From contig JAWBTW010000007.1 of NCBI GenBank assembly GCA_039000165.1, positions 1 to 40,609 of the forward strand: a stretch of DNA of 40,609 nucleotides, in the 5' to 3' direction. Below, one piece after another: positions 1-7,856 of this stretch (position 1 is the first letter of the stretch; each line of letters starts with the position of its first letter). The position numbers and the translations under genes are program-made. This DNA comes from Candidatus Aenigmatarchaeota archaeon (GTDB taxonomy: Archaea > Aenigmatarchaeota > Aenigmatarchaeia > CG10238-14 > SCSR01). The notes beneath the pieces are model-generated. The model saw only the letters and a program-made list of their open reading frames with translations, had not been told where the DNA came from and did no database searches.

Positions 1-2
1 CT

Positions 3-533
3 GCAAAGAATCTCTTAAACTTGATAGACCAGATGCAAAATAAAAACATTCCTCCTGGAAGTGCATCACCTTTTTATAAAGAAAAAATCATACCAGAAGT
101 TGTTGATGCTTGTATAAAGTGTGGAGAGGGGATGATAAGAAACAATTCAACATTGGGAGCTTCAGGTTCAGAGCACGATTTATCTCATGCTACTGATAGG
201 CTTGCTCCTAAGCCTGCACGTCACGGTCATCAAGTTGCCTTGTGGACTTCTTTTGTTATGTATTTATACGAGGAACTAGAAGACCCGGTAGAAAACGTGA
301 AATGGTGGGATTTGCTTAAAAAACTAGAGTATATGCAAATGCCAGTTAACTCCTTACAGCTTGGAATAGAACCCACAGTAATGGTTAAAGTACCTGAAGA
401 GGCTTTAAGATTAAGAAAAGAAGAAAGAGGAAGGTATAATGGTGTTCTAGAGCGTTATGTGGCAAAAGGTAATACTCTTGATTCTGTTACTACTGCAAAA
501 ATATTGGCTGAGATGAAGATTGTGCCAGCATAG
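3..533 (+). CDS. egsA: sn-glycerol-1-phosphate dehydrogenase (G1PDH/EgsA-like, iron-containing ADH family), 5'-truncated by window edge
   Basis: Frame is open from the window edge. Metal-binding motifs ASGSEHDLSHA and HGHQVA match the G1PDH SGSEHxxSHA...HGxQ pattern. C-terminal MPVNSLQLGIE and R-Y motif are typical of the family. Confidence 0.75.
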   Translation, partial: AKNLLNLIDQMQNKNIPPGSASPFYKEKIIPEVVDACIKCGEGMIRNNSTLGASGSEHDLSHATDRLAPKPARHGHQVALWTSFVMYLYEELEDPVENVKWWDLLKKLEYMQMPVNSLQLGIEPTVMVKVPEEALRLRKEERGRYNGVLERYVAKGNTLDSVTTAKILAEMKIVPA

Positions 534-597
534 CAAAAAAAACTGGAAAATTTCTCATCAAAAAGCTTAAATCTTTAACTACTTCTTATTAAAACTT

Positions 598-1653
598 ATG
601 AAATTTAAAGAGTGGATAGCAAAGCAACTTTACAAAAGATTGTTTACTTACATGCAATTAGATACTCAAGCAATTAAACCTAGAATGGAAAAAGCTGTTC
701 TTAATTTCTATCTTGATGTAGATTCGCCAACAAGAGAGGAAGAAATTTATGAAATTTTAAACTACCAGACAAGGCTTTACGCTGCAGGGACTGTAGAAAC
801 TTTAACTATATGTGGTGCAAATCTTGGGTTTAAGAAAGCTATAAAGAGTCCCTATGTTTTAGAAGTTGCGACAACAATAAGGCTTGCTTTTGGCCTTGGT
901 GATATGATGGATACTGATAATGATGAGTATGACCCAAGAGTTTTGGCCTTCAAGAAACTTGACGAAAAAACTTTGAAAGAAAAGCTTCACAAACATGAAG
1001 TTTACAAGAATATAGTTAACAATTTAGATTGTCTTGTGAACGAAAGATTTGGAAAGCTAAATCCTTCTTCTTTTCAAATCTATCTTTCAGAAAAAGAAAA
1101 AGTTATGGGAGGTCAACAAAAAGATATAGAGGATCATTTGTGCTACCTTCAAGGTGATTTTGAAAGATTAAGAGAAAAGTATCCAACTTATCAAGCTTGT
1201 ATGGAGCTTCTTGTTGAGAAGTTAGGACTGATGGGAGGATGTGCAGCTCGTATAGCTTATTTAGAAAGCGGAGGAAAAAACAAAGTTTTAGAAGAATTAG
1301 AAAGTGAATTTTTCACTGTTGGAGGAACTCGTTTACAATTATGGGTAAACGACGTTCAGAAAATTGAAAATGACATAGAAAATTTGGAAACAAATCCGAT
1401 AATAACCACTGCAATTTGCAAGTTCAAAGACGCAAAAGAAATAAACAAAGAATTAGTAAGAAGGCTTGTAAAAGAAGACCCAAAAATTCTTGATAAGATG
1501 GACGAGCCCTACAAGCAAAGAATGGAAAAAGCTTTGAAAGAAATAAAAAGGCTCAACTTTGACCCAAGAACTCATCAAGGTTTAGCTTTAATGATCGAAA
1601 CTCAAGCAAAAAAGGAAAAAGTTAATTTTTTCAAAAAGTTTGGTTTAATTTAA
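598..1653 (+). CDS. Divergent class I isoprenoid synthase-fold protein (trans-prenyltransferase / terpene synthase-like)
   Basis: GDMMDTDND (degenerate DDxxD), GGQQKDI (GQxxD), EKLGLMGGCAARIA (KT-helix region) and LQLWVNDVQKIENDIENLETNP (second Asp-rich / NSE-like motif) occur in the expected order. Predicted all-helical. Confidence 0.6.
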   Translation: MKFKEWIAKQLYKRLFTYMQLDTQAIKPRMEKAVLNFYLDVDSPTREEEIYEILNYQTRLYAAGTVETLTICGANLGFKKAIKSPYVLEVATTIRLAFGLGDMMDTDNDEYDPRVLAFKKLDEKTLKEKLHKHEVYKNIVNNLDCLVNERFGKLNPSSFQIYLSEKEKVMGGQQKDIEDHLCYLQGDFERLREKYPTYQACMELLVEKLGLMGGCAARIAYLESGGKNKVLEELESEFFTVGGTRLQLWVNDVQKIENDIENLETNPIITTAICKFKDAKEINKELVRRLVKEDPKILDKMDEPYKQRMEKALKEIKRLNFDPRTHQGLALMIETQAKKEKVNFFKKFGLI

Positions 1654-2573
1654 AAAAGAATTTCTTCAGGACCAAAAGGACTTCCTATTATAGCTCTTTT
1701 AGTTAAGGGAGGATATTTTATAAATCCACCGCAAGGATGTGGTTTAAAAAGATAGAAGCGTCTATAATATAACTCTTCTTCTCTCAATCTTCTTATCCTT
1801 TCTGCCTCTCCTCTTGCGTATTCTTTCCAGTATTGTGTTCCTAACTCGTTTATCAGCATGCTCCTTAAAGCAATCCCAGCTAGGCAAATTTTTTGATACT
1901 CTCTCCAAGTAGAATCTGCGGAGCCTTGCTGAACATAAACAAATTCAGTATTTTCTGACTTCTCAGGAGGAAGTTGCATTCCTGTAGAAAACCTTAGCTT
2001 TGCATGTCTAATCGTTACCGTTATTTCAGGTAAATCTTCCCATAATTCACGATTAAGCTCTGCCCATTCAGGTGAGTAGCCCAAGAGGTAGACAGAGGTA
2101 AAACTTTTGTTATTGGCAGTTTTTTCCATCAGCTTATCTATTTCCCTTCCCAACTCTCCTGAAGGGTCCATTTTGTGGTAATCTCCCAAGAATATTAGTC
2201 TAACATCATTTTCCTCGGCATAATCTCCGTAAATTCTTGGGCAACGTTTTAAAGCAGCTAGAATATCAGGCCAATTTTTTCTTTGAGCATGCTTCTCTTC
2301 CACAACATTAGTGTACAAGCATTTGGTTCCTAATTCTTTGAGGATATGACCAAACTTAAGGACAAAAATTGCACCGTCAAAGTAAGAATCAGCTCCTGTA
2401 AGCTTAGTAGTTGTTCTCATACCATCGGTCATTTCATAAACTACCAACCTTTCCAAATCTTCTCGAGAAGGTTCAATCTCCAATTTTCTACAGATTTCCC
2501 TAAAAGTTTTATGAATATAATTGCGGTCAGGAAGTTTGTAGAGAGTGATCTTAAAATTTTTTTGAGTTAACAA
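1650..2573 (-). CDS. Divergent cis-prenyltransferase (UppS)-fold protein
   Basis: MTDGMRT resembles IMDGNRR. ENDVRLIFLGDYHKM...EIDKLMEKTANNKSFTSVYLLGYS resembles the UppS VRVRFIGD...EAEEATKNN...LNIALNYG segment. Confidence 0.6.
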   Translation of the reverse strand: MLTQKNFKITLYKLPDRNYIHKTFREICRKLEIEPSREDLERLVVYEMTDGMRTTTKLTGADSYFDGAIFVLKFGHILKELGTKCLYTNVVEEKHAQRKNWPDILAALKRCPRIYGDYAEENDVRLIFLGDYHKMDPSGELGREIDKLMEKTANNKSFTSVYLLGYSPEWAELNRELWEDLPEITVTIRHAKLRFSTGMQLPPEKSENTEFVYVQQGSADSTWREYQKICLAGIALRSMLINELGTQYWKEYARGEAERIRRLREEELYYRRFYLFKPHPCGGFIKYPPLTKRAIIGSPFGPEEILF

Positions 2574-2605
2574 GCAAACCCCTAATAATTAGATACAGTT
2601 AAAGA

Positions 2606-3115
2606 TTAAAATCTTTTCTTCACGTCGAAAGAGCAGAATTCATCGCCTTTTGTCAAGCTTGAATTCTGAACAAGCGTGTAATTCTCGCCAGCAATTTTTT
2701 CAACTATTCCTTTACAATACTCATGACATATTGCACAGAGAAACGGGTCCTTTACTCTCATAACTTCTGCTCCGTAAGGACATTCCACGATTACGGTATG
2801 ATTGTTTACTATACCAAGCTTCAAGCCTAATATTAAAGCAGCAATTTTTAATGCCTTAGAAGCAGTTTCAGCGTTTTTTTCTTGCGTATTAAGAAGTTTT
2901 ATCATGATTTCTGCATCATTTCTCCCTATTTCTCTTAGCTCTCTTTCTATTATTTTTTTTGTTACGCTGTAGCCTGTATCCTTAACTAAGTGTTTGGCCA
3001 TAGTACATATAATCCTTCCAGCAATGTTACCAAGCATTTTCATTCTTTCTCTTTCGTTAAAGTTCTTGTAAACTCTTTCTTCAATATCTTTTAACTCTTT
3101 TATTTTCTCTTCCAT
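2606..3115 (-). CDS. V4R-like small-molecule-binding domain protein
   Basis: ECPY...CAICHEYCKGIVE...SLTKGDEFCSFDV is the Cys pattern of V4R/L-2-amino-thiazoline-4-carboxylate hydrolase-like domains. Confidence 0.65.
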   Translation of the reverse strand: MEEKIKELKDIEERVYKNFNERERMKMLGNIAGRIICTMAKHLVKDTGYSVTKKIIERELREIGRNDAEIMIKLLNTQEKNAETASKALKIAALILGLKLGIVNNHTVIVECPYGAEVMRVKDPFLCAICHEYCKGIVEKIAGENYTLVQNSSLTKGDEFCSFDVKKRF

Positions 3116-3119
3116 AATT

Positions 3120-3668
3120 TCATTCCTTTAAAAAAGCAGGGCATCTTAAGCATCTAGTTTCATCGTCATACCTCAAACCACAAGGTGCAGTTTCAGTGTT
3201 TTTTGGGTAAAAAAGCCTTATGTTTGCAAACTCAGGCAAGGTTATGGTATTCCCTAGGTTTACCTCTACATGCTTAATTCCAGGCTCAGACCTTATTTGC
3301 TTGTTTATAAACTCATCTATTAAACCAATATCAGTGCCTACAACATTTACTATTAGATTATGATTTCCTGAAGTTTTGACTAAGCTTAAAACTAGAGGGC
3401 AATTTCTTAGCTTTCTTATCAAGATGTTTACCCCGTCAGCATCAGTTTCCACTCCTATACAAGCTGTTAAAGGATAAAGTTTTTGCAAGTTAACTAAAGC
3501 GCTTATTTTTATTATCTTTTTTTCTATAAGCCTTTCAACCCTTTCCTTTACCGCAGCTGGCGTAACTTTAAGCTCTTTTGCAAGTGTTGTATATTTAATT
3601 CTTCCGTCTTTAAGAAGTTGTGAAATGAGATACTGATTTTTTTCATCTAAAATATTTTTAATTTTCAT
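3120..3668 (-). CDS. Lrp/AsnC family transcriptional regulator with Cys-rich C-terminal tail
   Basis: LDEKNQYLISQLLKDGRIKYTTLAKELKVTPAAVKERVERL HTH, RAM domain (KTSGNHNL), and a tail PCG...RCLRCP. Confidence 0.9.
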   Translation of the reverse strand: MKIKNILDEKNQYLISQLLKDGRIKYTTLAKELKVTPAAVKERVERLIEKKIIKISALVNLQKLYPLTACIGVETDADGVNILIRKLRNCPLVLSLVKTSGNHNLIVNVVGTDIGLIDEFINKQIRSEPGIKHVEVNLGNTITLPEFANIRLFYPKNTETAPCGLRYDDETRCLRCPAFLKE

Positions 3669-3778
3669 TCAAAATCACTTTATTTTTTATAACTTTCAAA
3701 TATTTAAATTTTACTTTTTAAGGGAAAACCTTAAATATTCTAAAAAATCAATAATATATCCCTAGAAAGAGGGATGGT

Positions 3779-4267
3779 ATGGAAGAGACAACAATCTGCA
3801 GGATTTGTCTTGAGCCGATAATAAATTTTCTGTGTATAGATTGTATTAATCAAACAATTTCCCGTTGGCTTTCTCAGGAAAGAACGAGTTTGCTTCAAGA
3901 ATACCAGACAATTCATCTTTTCCTGCGAAATTTTTTTTCGAGCGACGAGCAAGAGTTTTGCGTCAAGTGCAAGAAAAAGTCTAGTACAGTTCTATGCCCT
4001 TATTGTTACACTAACGAAATTTTCTGGTGGATTTTTAGTAAAGACATAAGCTTGGCAAAAAAATTTGCCCATCTCTTTAACTTTGATTTTCAAGGAACTG
4101 GCTTTTACAATCACGAAAAAACCAGAAACCTAGTTCCAGTAATTCTTAACGAAGATCCAGAAAATCTTGAGGAGATAGGAATCTGTGAGGCTTGCGGCCA
4201 ATTCTCCGAAAATTTAAAAAAGAAAAACGGCTCTTGGCTCTGCGAATCCTGCAGAGAAGAGGATTAA
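3779..4267 (+). CDS. Multi-zinc-finger hypothetical protein
   Basis: Six CxxC pairs (CRIC, CIDC, CVKC, CPYC, CEAC, CESC). Confidence 0.7.
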   Translation: MEETTICRICLEPIINFLCIDCINQTISRWLSQERTSLLQEYQTIHLFLRNFFSSDEQEFCVKCKKKSSTVLCPYCYTNEIFWWIFSKDISLAKKFAHLFNFDFQGTGFYNHEKTRNLVPVILNEDPENLEEIGICEACGQFSENLKKKNGSWLCESCREED

Positions 4268-4305
4268 AAATTAGCTTAAAGAGACTTTTTCTTACTCTTA
4301 ACTTT

Positions 4306-4575
4306 TTACTTCCTATAACTATAGTAATAGCTTCTAATCTCTTGAACCATTTGCTCTATATTTTTTATTCTTTCGTTCAAAGTTTCGTACTGAGTTTTTA
4401 GGCTGTCTATGTGAGTTAAAACCAAATCAATCTTTGCTCTTAAATTTTCTATGGAGGAAGACTCTAAGGTTGGTTCCTTTGATAATGCTGGCGCAGGTGG
4501 CAAAGGAGGTAGTTCAGGAAGTTCTGTAGGTAAAGTTGGTTCTTTTTTTCTTTTCAAGAATGAAAAAATACCCAT
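4306..4575 (-). CDS. Hypothetical protein: amphipathic N-terminus, Pro-rich linker, C-terminal coiled coil
   Basis: Likely start is the ATG at 4575 (MGIFSFLKRKK), rather than the track start that overlaps the upstream gene. Contains PELPPLPPAP followed by heptad repeats. Confidence 0.7.
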   Translation of the reverse strand: MGIFSFLKRKKEPTLPTELPELPPLPPAPALSKEPTLESSSIENLRAKIDLVLTHIDSLKTQYETLNERIKNIEQMVQEIRSYYYSYRK

Positions 4576-4606
4576 ACTATTTTTTTGGTTTTCTTTGTTA
4601 AAATAA

Positions 4607-5131
4607 TTAAGTTTTTCCCAAGGCTTCTTCAGAGATTTCAAGAGCTTCCCTTAAAGCAGAGTTAAGCTTTTGTATCCATTGGTAGCACATACCAAGATAA
4701 CCTCTTCTCACCCTATTATAAAAGATTTTATGGTAAAGCCAAAGCAATCCTTTATAAATAGGAAGCTGTTGAAATCCTGTTTCTCGTTTATATTCCGTTC
4801 TTAACCTTCCTCCAAGTTGAATGGTTATTCTACCTTCTTTGTTTGGGTCAGAAGGTATTTCACCTTGCATTATAACTTCTATTAAAGCTTTCGACCTAGC
4901 GTCTATTCCTTTATCCACGTAGACTCTTACAAAAAATCCTCTAGGATCAGAGCTTATGTCCCATCTAAAATCTCTTTCCCACAGGTCTTTTGACTCTACT
5001 CCCAGAACCTTTCTTAAAGTATCTCTCAAAATTTTATAAGCTCTGAAAGGGTCCTTTCCAGCATAATCTATACTTATTCTAGCTTGTGGTGCTAAGCAAT
5101 CGTCTTCGATTCTCCATGTTAAAGTTACCAT
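4607..5131 (-). CDS. Conserved hypothetical protein, paralog of 5139-5693
   Basis: Shares DDCL.P, Y.G..P, ERD..WD, D..S and GRLRTEY motifs with the neighbouring gene. Confidence 0.75.
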   Translation of the reverse strand: MVTLTWRIEDDCLAPQARISIDYAGKDPFRAYKILRDTLRKVLGVESKDLWERDFRWDISSDPRGFFVRVYVDKGIDARSKALIEVIMQGEIPSDPNKEGRITIQLGGRLRTEYKRETGFQQLPIYKGLLWLYHKIFYNRVRRGYLGMCYQWIQKLNSALREALEISEEALGKT

Positions 5132-5138
5132 TTAATCA

Positions 5139-5693
5139 CTAGCTTGATTTGCTAAGAATATTAAGAAAAGATTTTATTTCCTCGATAAACTTCATCAAGT
5201 CTGTTCTGCACTGCTCAAAGTATTTCTTTCTTGTTCCTTCGTATATTACTCTATGATAAAAAACTCTAAACATCTCATAAAGCAAACTTCTCTGCCACAA
5301 AGTATCTTGCGGATATTCTGTTCTCAACCTTCCCTCTATCCTCATAGTTGCTGAACCTTCACTTCCAAACTCTTTGCTTGGTTTTGCAGAGCCGCTAAGC
5401 TCTACGATAATCTGAATATAAGAAAAAGCGTCTAAGTCTTTTACCATGTCAAAAGTAACCTTGAACTTTTCCTCCCCTCTGCTTCTATCCCAAGAAACAT
5501 CTCTTTCTTGTAGTTCATGCGGGTCAACTTTCCAAATGCTTATAAAAAGTTCTTTTATCTTATGGTAAAGTTTTTGCGGATTTGGCCCTTTGTATTCAAG
5601 CTTTGTGTAGGCCATTCCTGGAAAAGGGCTGCCTGGAGCTGGAGATAAGCAATCATCACTGATAACAAGCTTTGTTCTTGCAAATATAGGCAT
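5139..5693 (-). CDS. Conserved hypothetical protein, paralog of 4607-5131
   Basis: Same shared motifs. SD-like AGTGA upstream. Confidence 0.75.
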   Translation of the reverse strand: MPIFARTKLVISDDCLSPAPGSPFPGMAYTKLEYKGPNPQKLYHKIKELFISIWKVDPHELQERDVSWDRSRGEEKFKVTFDMVKDLDAFSYIQIIVELSGSAKPSKEFGSEGSATMRIEGRLRTEYPQDTLWQRSLLYEMFRVFYHRVIYEGTRKKYFEQCRTDLMKFIEEIKSFLNILSKSS

Positions 5694-5759
5694 CTTATCA
5701 CTTTATATTATTTGTGCTTCCAACTAAAAAGATTTTAACCTTTCTTCTAAATTTAATTT

Positions 5760-5906
5760 ATGGAAAAAATGATTGCTGGAATTTTCCTTTTATTCGGAAT
5801 TTTATTTTGCTTAGGTGCATTTGGAACTTCAAGTAGAGAAGTTTTCTTAGCAGAGATTTTATTTGGTCCTGCTTTGATTTATATAGGTTTAGAGCTTTTG
5901 AAGTGA
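5760..5906 (+). CDS. Small two-TM membrane protein (48 aa), not in ORF track
   Basis: MEKMIAGIFLLFGILFCLGAFGTSSREVFLAEILFGPALIYIGLELLK, read directly from the sequence. Confidence 0.6.
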   Translation: MEKMIAGIFLLFGILFCLGAFGTSSREVFLAEILFGPALIYIGLELLK

Positions 5907-5910
5907 GATA

Positions 5911-6072
5911 ATGATCAATCAAATAATAGGTGCAGGTTGTTTTGTTTTTGGTTTATTGATTGTTATTTGTTTTCCATACATAGAAAAATACCAACCAGAA
6001 GAGATGACAAAAGCAGGAATTTTTATCGGAATTCTACTGATGATAATAGGACTAATTCTAATGAAGGTTTAA
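5911..6072 (+). CDS. Small two-TM membrane protein (53 aa), not in ORF track
   Basis: MINQIIGAGCFVFGLLIVICFPYIEKYQPEEMTKAGIFIGILLMIIGLILMKV. Starts 4 nt after the previous stop, with SD-like AGTGA. Confidence 0.65.
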   Translation: MINQIIGAGCFVFGLLIVICFPYIEKYQPEEMTKAGIFIGILLMIIGLILMKV

Positions 6073-6097
6073 GCGAGAAAAAATATAAAATTAAATT

Positions 6098-7852
6098 ATG
6101 GTGAAGTATCCAGAAGGACCATTCCCTCCAGCAGAAATTCCGCCAGGTCAAGGAATAAACGCTAAGCCGCTAGAAGCAGAAGAACTTTTGGATTTTACCG
6201 CACCTTTGGGAAGATGCACAGGAGTTTACTATTCTCTAATGTTTCAACTTCCAAAATGGGGTTTCGTAAGGTATAAAATAGAAGAATCCATTTTTGTTTC
6301 TCCTGTATTTAGAGAATACTATGAGTTAACTTTAAGACAAAAAGAGGCTTTAGAGGCTACGATAAAAGCTGGTTTAGCTAGCGTAGCAACTGCAATCTCT
6401 GATTTAGAATTGGTAATGCACGACTTAAGAAAATACAAAGAATTTCTGGATTACTACACAAAGATAGAAAAAGGAAAAAAACTGATTAAAGAAGGAAAAA
6501 AAGAAGAAGGGGAAAAGTTGGTAAAAGAAGGTGATCAATCTCTAAAAGCAGTTTTTATAGATTTGGTAGATGCTCACACAGGTCCAGGAATTGCTTTAAG
6601 AGAAATTGCTGTAAGATGGCCAACTATTATAGCAGATTTTATGAAGTTAGGCGATGAAGATACAGAACCAGAAAAAATAGCAAAAAAGCTTAACGTTTCA
6701 GAAGCAGAAGGCGTTGTACTAGCTACAAAAAACAAACTTTACTTAGAATGGCGAGACAAACTTTTTGGCGAAACTGTTAAGAATAGGTATAAAAGCTTGA
6801 GACAATTGGTTGAAGCAAGAAGAAAATCTGTTGAAGAATACAAAGAAATGCTTAAGCCAAGTATAGCAAGGTATAAAATGATAAATGATATGCTTTCAAG
6901 TCCTGAAGGAAGAGGAATAATTAAACTATTTTTTAGACCAGACGCTCAAGCCTTATCGATAGATTTTATGAGAATATATGCTTGGAAACCTTTTGCTGTT
7001 GAAGAAAAGTATAAAGTTGTAAGAGAAAGTTTTGACAAGATTTCTTTGGCTAAAGCAGGTTTCACAGAAGAGGAAATAACATTCATATATGAGAAAAAAG
7101 GTGAAGGTTTTGACGGTTATGTTAAGGCCTTGCCAGTTGAGCCTTCGATAGATAGTGTAGTAAGGAAAATGATTCCAGAAATAGAGAAAGAGTATAACGT
7201 TAAGTTCACTCCTTTAGACCTTCTGAAAGCAAGAGATATGCTTATAGATCAATTTGAAAAATCTAAACAAGGTTTGGGTATGACGGAAGCCTGGGTTTTC
7301 TCTCCATATTATGTTTTCCTTGATATACCAATCTCAAGAACCGTTGTAAGAATACCACCAGCAGGACCTGAAATTGAAAATATTATGGTAGATACACTAA
7401 AAGCTTACACCCAAACTCAAAATTTGATAATATGTCATTGTCTTGAAATAATAGCAAGAGACAAACAACTTGAAAATTATATAAGTCAAATGCTAGGCGA
7501 GGCTGTTGAAGGTAAACCAATAAAAGAATTGCTGGAAGAAGAATTTCCTGAAATTTATGGAGAAAAAGAGAAAAAAGAAAAGCCAAAAGTTTTTATTTCG
7601 GCAAGTGATAAAGCTTATCTCCAAAGAAAAAAGTTTATCGAGCAATTTAACAAGATTAAAGAAGGTATTAGCAATCTCTTTAGAAGCTTAGGTTTTGAAA
7701 TGGCTTTTTTCAGAGCTTACGGACCTTATGAGTTTATTCCTAATGAGAGGATAACAAAATTTTATCAGCCAGTTACAGGAAGACATTTTGGATTAGTTGC
7801 AAACTTTCTAAAAACAAAGTTTGAAGTTCCGGGTTTTGAAGTTTACTGGTGA
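6098..7852 (+). CDS. Large conserved hypothetical protein (helical / coiled-coil)
   Basis: 584-aa ORF with genome-typical codon use. No recognisable catalytic motif. Confidence 0.8.
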   Translation: MVKYPEGPFPPAEIPPGQGINAKPLEAEELLDFTAPLGRCTGVYYSLMFQLPKWGFVRYKIEESIFVSPVFREYYELTLRQKEALEATIKAGLASVATAISDLELVMHDLRKYKEFLDYYTKIEKGKKLIKEGKKEEGEKLVKEGDQSLKAVFIDLVDAHTGPGIALREIAVRWPTIIADFMKLGDEDTEPEKIAKKLNVSEAEGVVLATKNKLYLEWRDKLFGETVKNRYKSLRQLVEARRKSVEEYKEMLKPSIARYKMINDMLSSPEGRGIIKLFFRPDAQALSIDFMRIYAWKPFAVEEKYKVVRESFDKISLAKAGFTEEEITFIYEKKGEGFDGYVKALPVEPSIDSVVRKMIPEIEKEYNVKFTPLDLLKARDMLIDQFEKSKQGLGMTEAWVFSPYYVFLDIPISRTVVRIPPAGPEIENIMVDTLKAYTQTQNLIICHCLEIIARDKQLENYISQMLGEAVEGKPIKELLEEEFPEIYGEKEKKEKPKVFISASDKAYLQRKKFIEQFNKIKEGISNLFRSLGFEMAFFRAYGPYEFIPNERITKFYQPVTGRHFGLVANFLKTKFEVPGFEVYW

Positions 7853-7856
7853 TTTT

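Noticed and set aside
5615..5645. GC-rich APGSPFPG insertion in the 184-aa paralog as a possible intron
   Set aside because: In-frame. It forms at best an internal-loop hairpin, not BHB geometry.
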